A DNA stretch of 25,374 nucleotides, taken from contig CAZWTI010000015.1 of the NCBI GenBank assembly GCA_964637065.1, positions 1-25,374 of the forward strand, written 5' to 3'. Made by a program: the position numbers and the translations under genes. The DNA is from an uncultured Puniceicoccaceae bacterium. Lineage in GTDB: Bacteria > Verrucomicrobiota > Verrucomicrobiia > Opitutales > Seribacteraceae. Shown piece after piece: positions 24,086-25,374 of the stretch. Each line of letters opens with the position of its first letter. The stretch's first letter is position 1. The notes below the pieces were generated by a model. It made no database searches, was not told the origin of the DNA, and was given only the letters and a program-made list of their open reading frames with translations.

Positions 24086-25374
24086 TTACTTTTTCTTTGG
24101 GGTTCCCTCAACCCCGCCTGCTTTTTTGCGTGCGGTCTGCTTAAAGTAGGGGTTGATTTTCACTCGCAGCGCCCAATCCAACCATTCTTCTCGCAGCTTC
24201 TTGGCCTTGTCGGGAAAGGACTTGATGAGGTCGCTGGTTTCACAACGGTCCTGAGCGATATTGTAGAGTTCCCACACACCGTTGTTATAGCGACTGTTGC
24301 TCCGAACCAGTTTCCAGTCGCCCCGACGTATGGCGCTTGATCCGAAATGATCGAAGCAGAGGACGCGCTCGGGCATTTTGCTTTCGCCCTCGAAGATCGG
24401 CACGAAGCTGGTGCCCTCGACGGGCTGTATCTGGTTTTCGGCAAATGTCTCCGGGTATTCGGCCCCGGTGGCCGAACAGATCGTCGGCATGAGGTCGATC
24501 AGGTGGATGGGGGTTCGAACCCAGCGGTCCGCCTTCTTGATGCCCTTGGGCCAATGGGCAATTAGTGGACTACATTGGCCGCCTTCGTAGTTGAAGTGCT
24601 TGTACATCCGCATGGGGGTGTTGCTAAGACAGGACCATGCGCTGCCGACGGAGTGGTGGGTACCCGCCCCACCCACTTTGTTGAGGTCTGGGCCCTTGTG
24701 CAAAGTGGTCTTGCCCGTGCGGCTGCGACCATCGAAACCGTAGGGCCCCCATTCGTAGCAAGCCCCGTTGTCGCTGGTGAAGAGGATTAGGGTGTCGTCG
24801 AGGTTGCCGCCTTCTTCCAACTGTCGCAGGATGCGCCCGATCCCCTGGTCGACATGCGCAACCATGGCGGCGAAGGTGGCCATGCGGTAGACCAAGTCCT
24901 CGCGCCGATCCGCAGGCACCTCCTCCCAGGTCGGGTTTTGCTTGCCCGGGAATCCGTTGGCGATGTCCTTGCGGTCAAGGGGAACGTCGGAAAGGCCGGT
25001 GAACTGCCAACTTTTGGCGACAAGGCCGGATTTCTTTTGCCGCTCGTAACGCTCCTCCCGCAAGATGTCCCAGCCGCGGCGGTAGATTTCGAGGTAGGTG
25101 TCGCGTGTCTTGGCCGGTGCATGGAGTGGAAAGTGGGGCGAGGTATGTGCCAGATAGAGGATGAATGGCTCCTTCTTTTTTTGCCCCTGCTTGACGAACG
25201 CGTCGGCATAGTCGGAAAACGCGTCGGTGGCAGAGAACTCGTCGGGCTTGTACTGGAACTCGGGTTTGTGATCGGCCGGCAGACGCCGGTAGTTATTCAC
25301 CTGCCACTGGCTCGTGCTGTGGCCCCGGGTGTAGCCGTAGAACTCGTCGAAGCCGCGGGTCTCCGGGCTTTCCT
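24086..25374 (-). CDS. Arylsulfatase-family (S1) sulfatase, 5' end beyond right edge of window
   Basis: The frame stays open past the ORF-track GTG 25300 (ESPETRGFDEFYGYTRGHSTSQWQV). Motifs RGFDEFYG, YLAHTSPHFPLHAP, DQGIGRIL, FTSDNG, SNTPMRMYKH, IDLMPT, GDWKLV, ELYNIAQD. The CxPxR motif lies outside the window. Confidence 0.92.
   Translation of the reverse strand, partial: ESPETRGFDEFYGYTRGHSTSQWQVNNYRRLPADHKPEFQYKPDEFSATDAFSDYADAFVKQGQKKKEPFILYLAHTSPHFPLHAPAKTRDTYLEIYRRGWDILREERYERQKKSGLVAKSWQFTGLSDVPLDRKDIANGFPGKQNPTWEEVPADRREDLVYRMATFAAMVAHVDQGIGRILRQLEEGGNLDDTLILFTSDNGACYEWGPYGFDGRSRTGKTTLHKGPDLNKVGGAGTHHSVGSAWSCLSNTPMRMYKHFNYEGGQCSPLIAHWPKGIKKADRWVRTPIHLIDLMPTICSATGAEYPETFAENQIQPVEGTSFVPIFEGESKMPERVLCFDHFGSSAIRRGDWKLVRSNSRYNNGVWELYNIAQDRCETSDLIKSFPDKAKKLREEWLDWALRVKINPYFKQTARKKAGGVEGTPKKK

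Noticed and set aside
25298-25300. GTG as the sulfatase start
   Set aside because: The frame is open to the window edge and contains RGFDEFYG upstream; the N-terminal catalytic motif is missing, so the true start is outside the window.

Overview
Probably a marine PVC-superphylum genome, most likely Verrucomicrobiota. This is inferred from the DUF1501/DUF1549/DUF1553 genes, the SHD1 domain and the style of pyrG and argH. Three blocks are present. (1) Minus strand 1-5185: pyrG, an amidohydrolase, an atypical ABC ATPase, a FtsX-like permease and a C5 DNA methyltransferase. The methyltransferase is absent from the ORF track, runs off the left edge and is coupled to the permease by an ATGA overlap. 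(2) Plus strand 5551-12418: a mycobacterial Sdh1-type (type F) succinate dehydrogenase operon, argH, a signal peptide-SHD1-LIM-DA1 metallopeptidase that follows plant DA1 closely, and a sugar-lactonase-like amidohydrolase. (3) Minus strand 12467-25374, mostly exported proteins: a sulfatase (5' end outside the window), LRR-VHL, GH127-VHL, a PhyH-family 2OG-Fe(II) dioxygenase, DUF1549/DUF1553-LamG, DUF1501 and a methyltransferase-like/double PQQ-propeller protein. The two best leads are the bacterial exported LIM-DA1 protease and the tightly linked LRR-VHL / GH127-VHL / dioxygenase trio, a possible hydroxyproline-centred system. No rRNA, tRNA, CRISPR array or transposase was recognised. All family assignments come from motif recognition by eye, not database searches.
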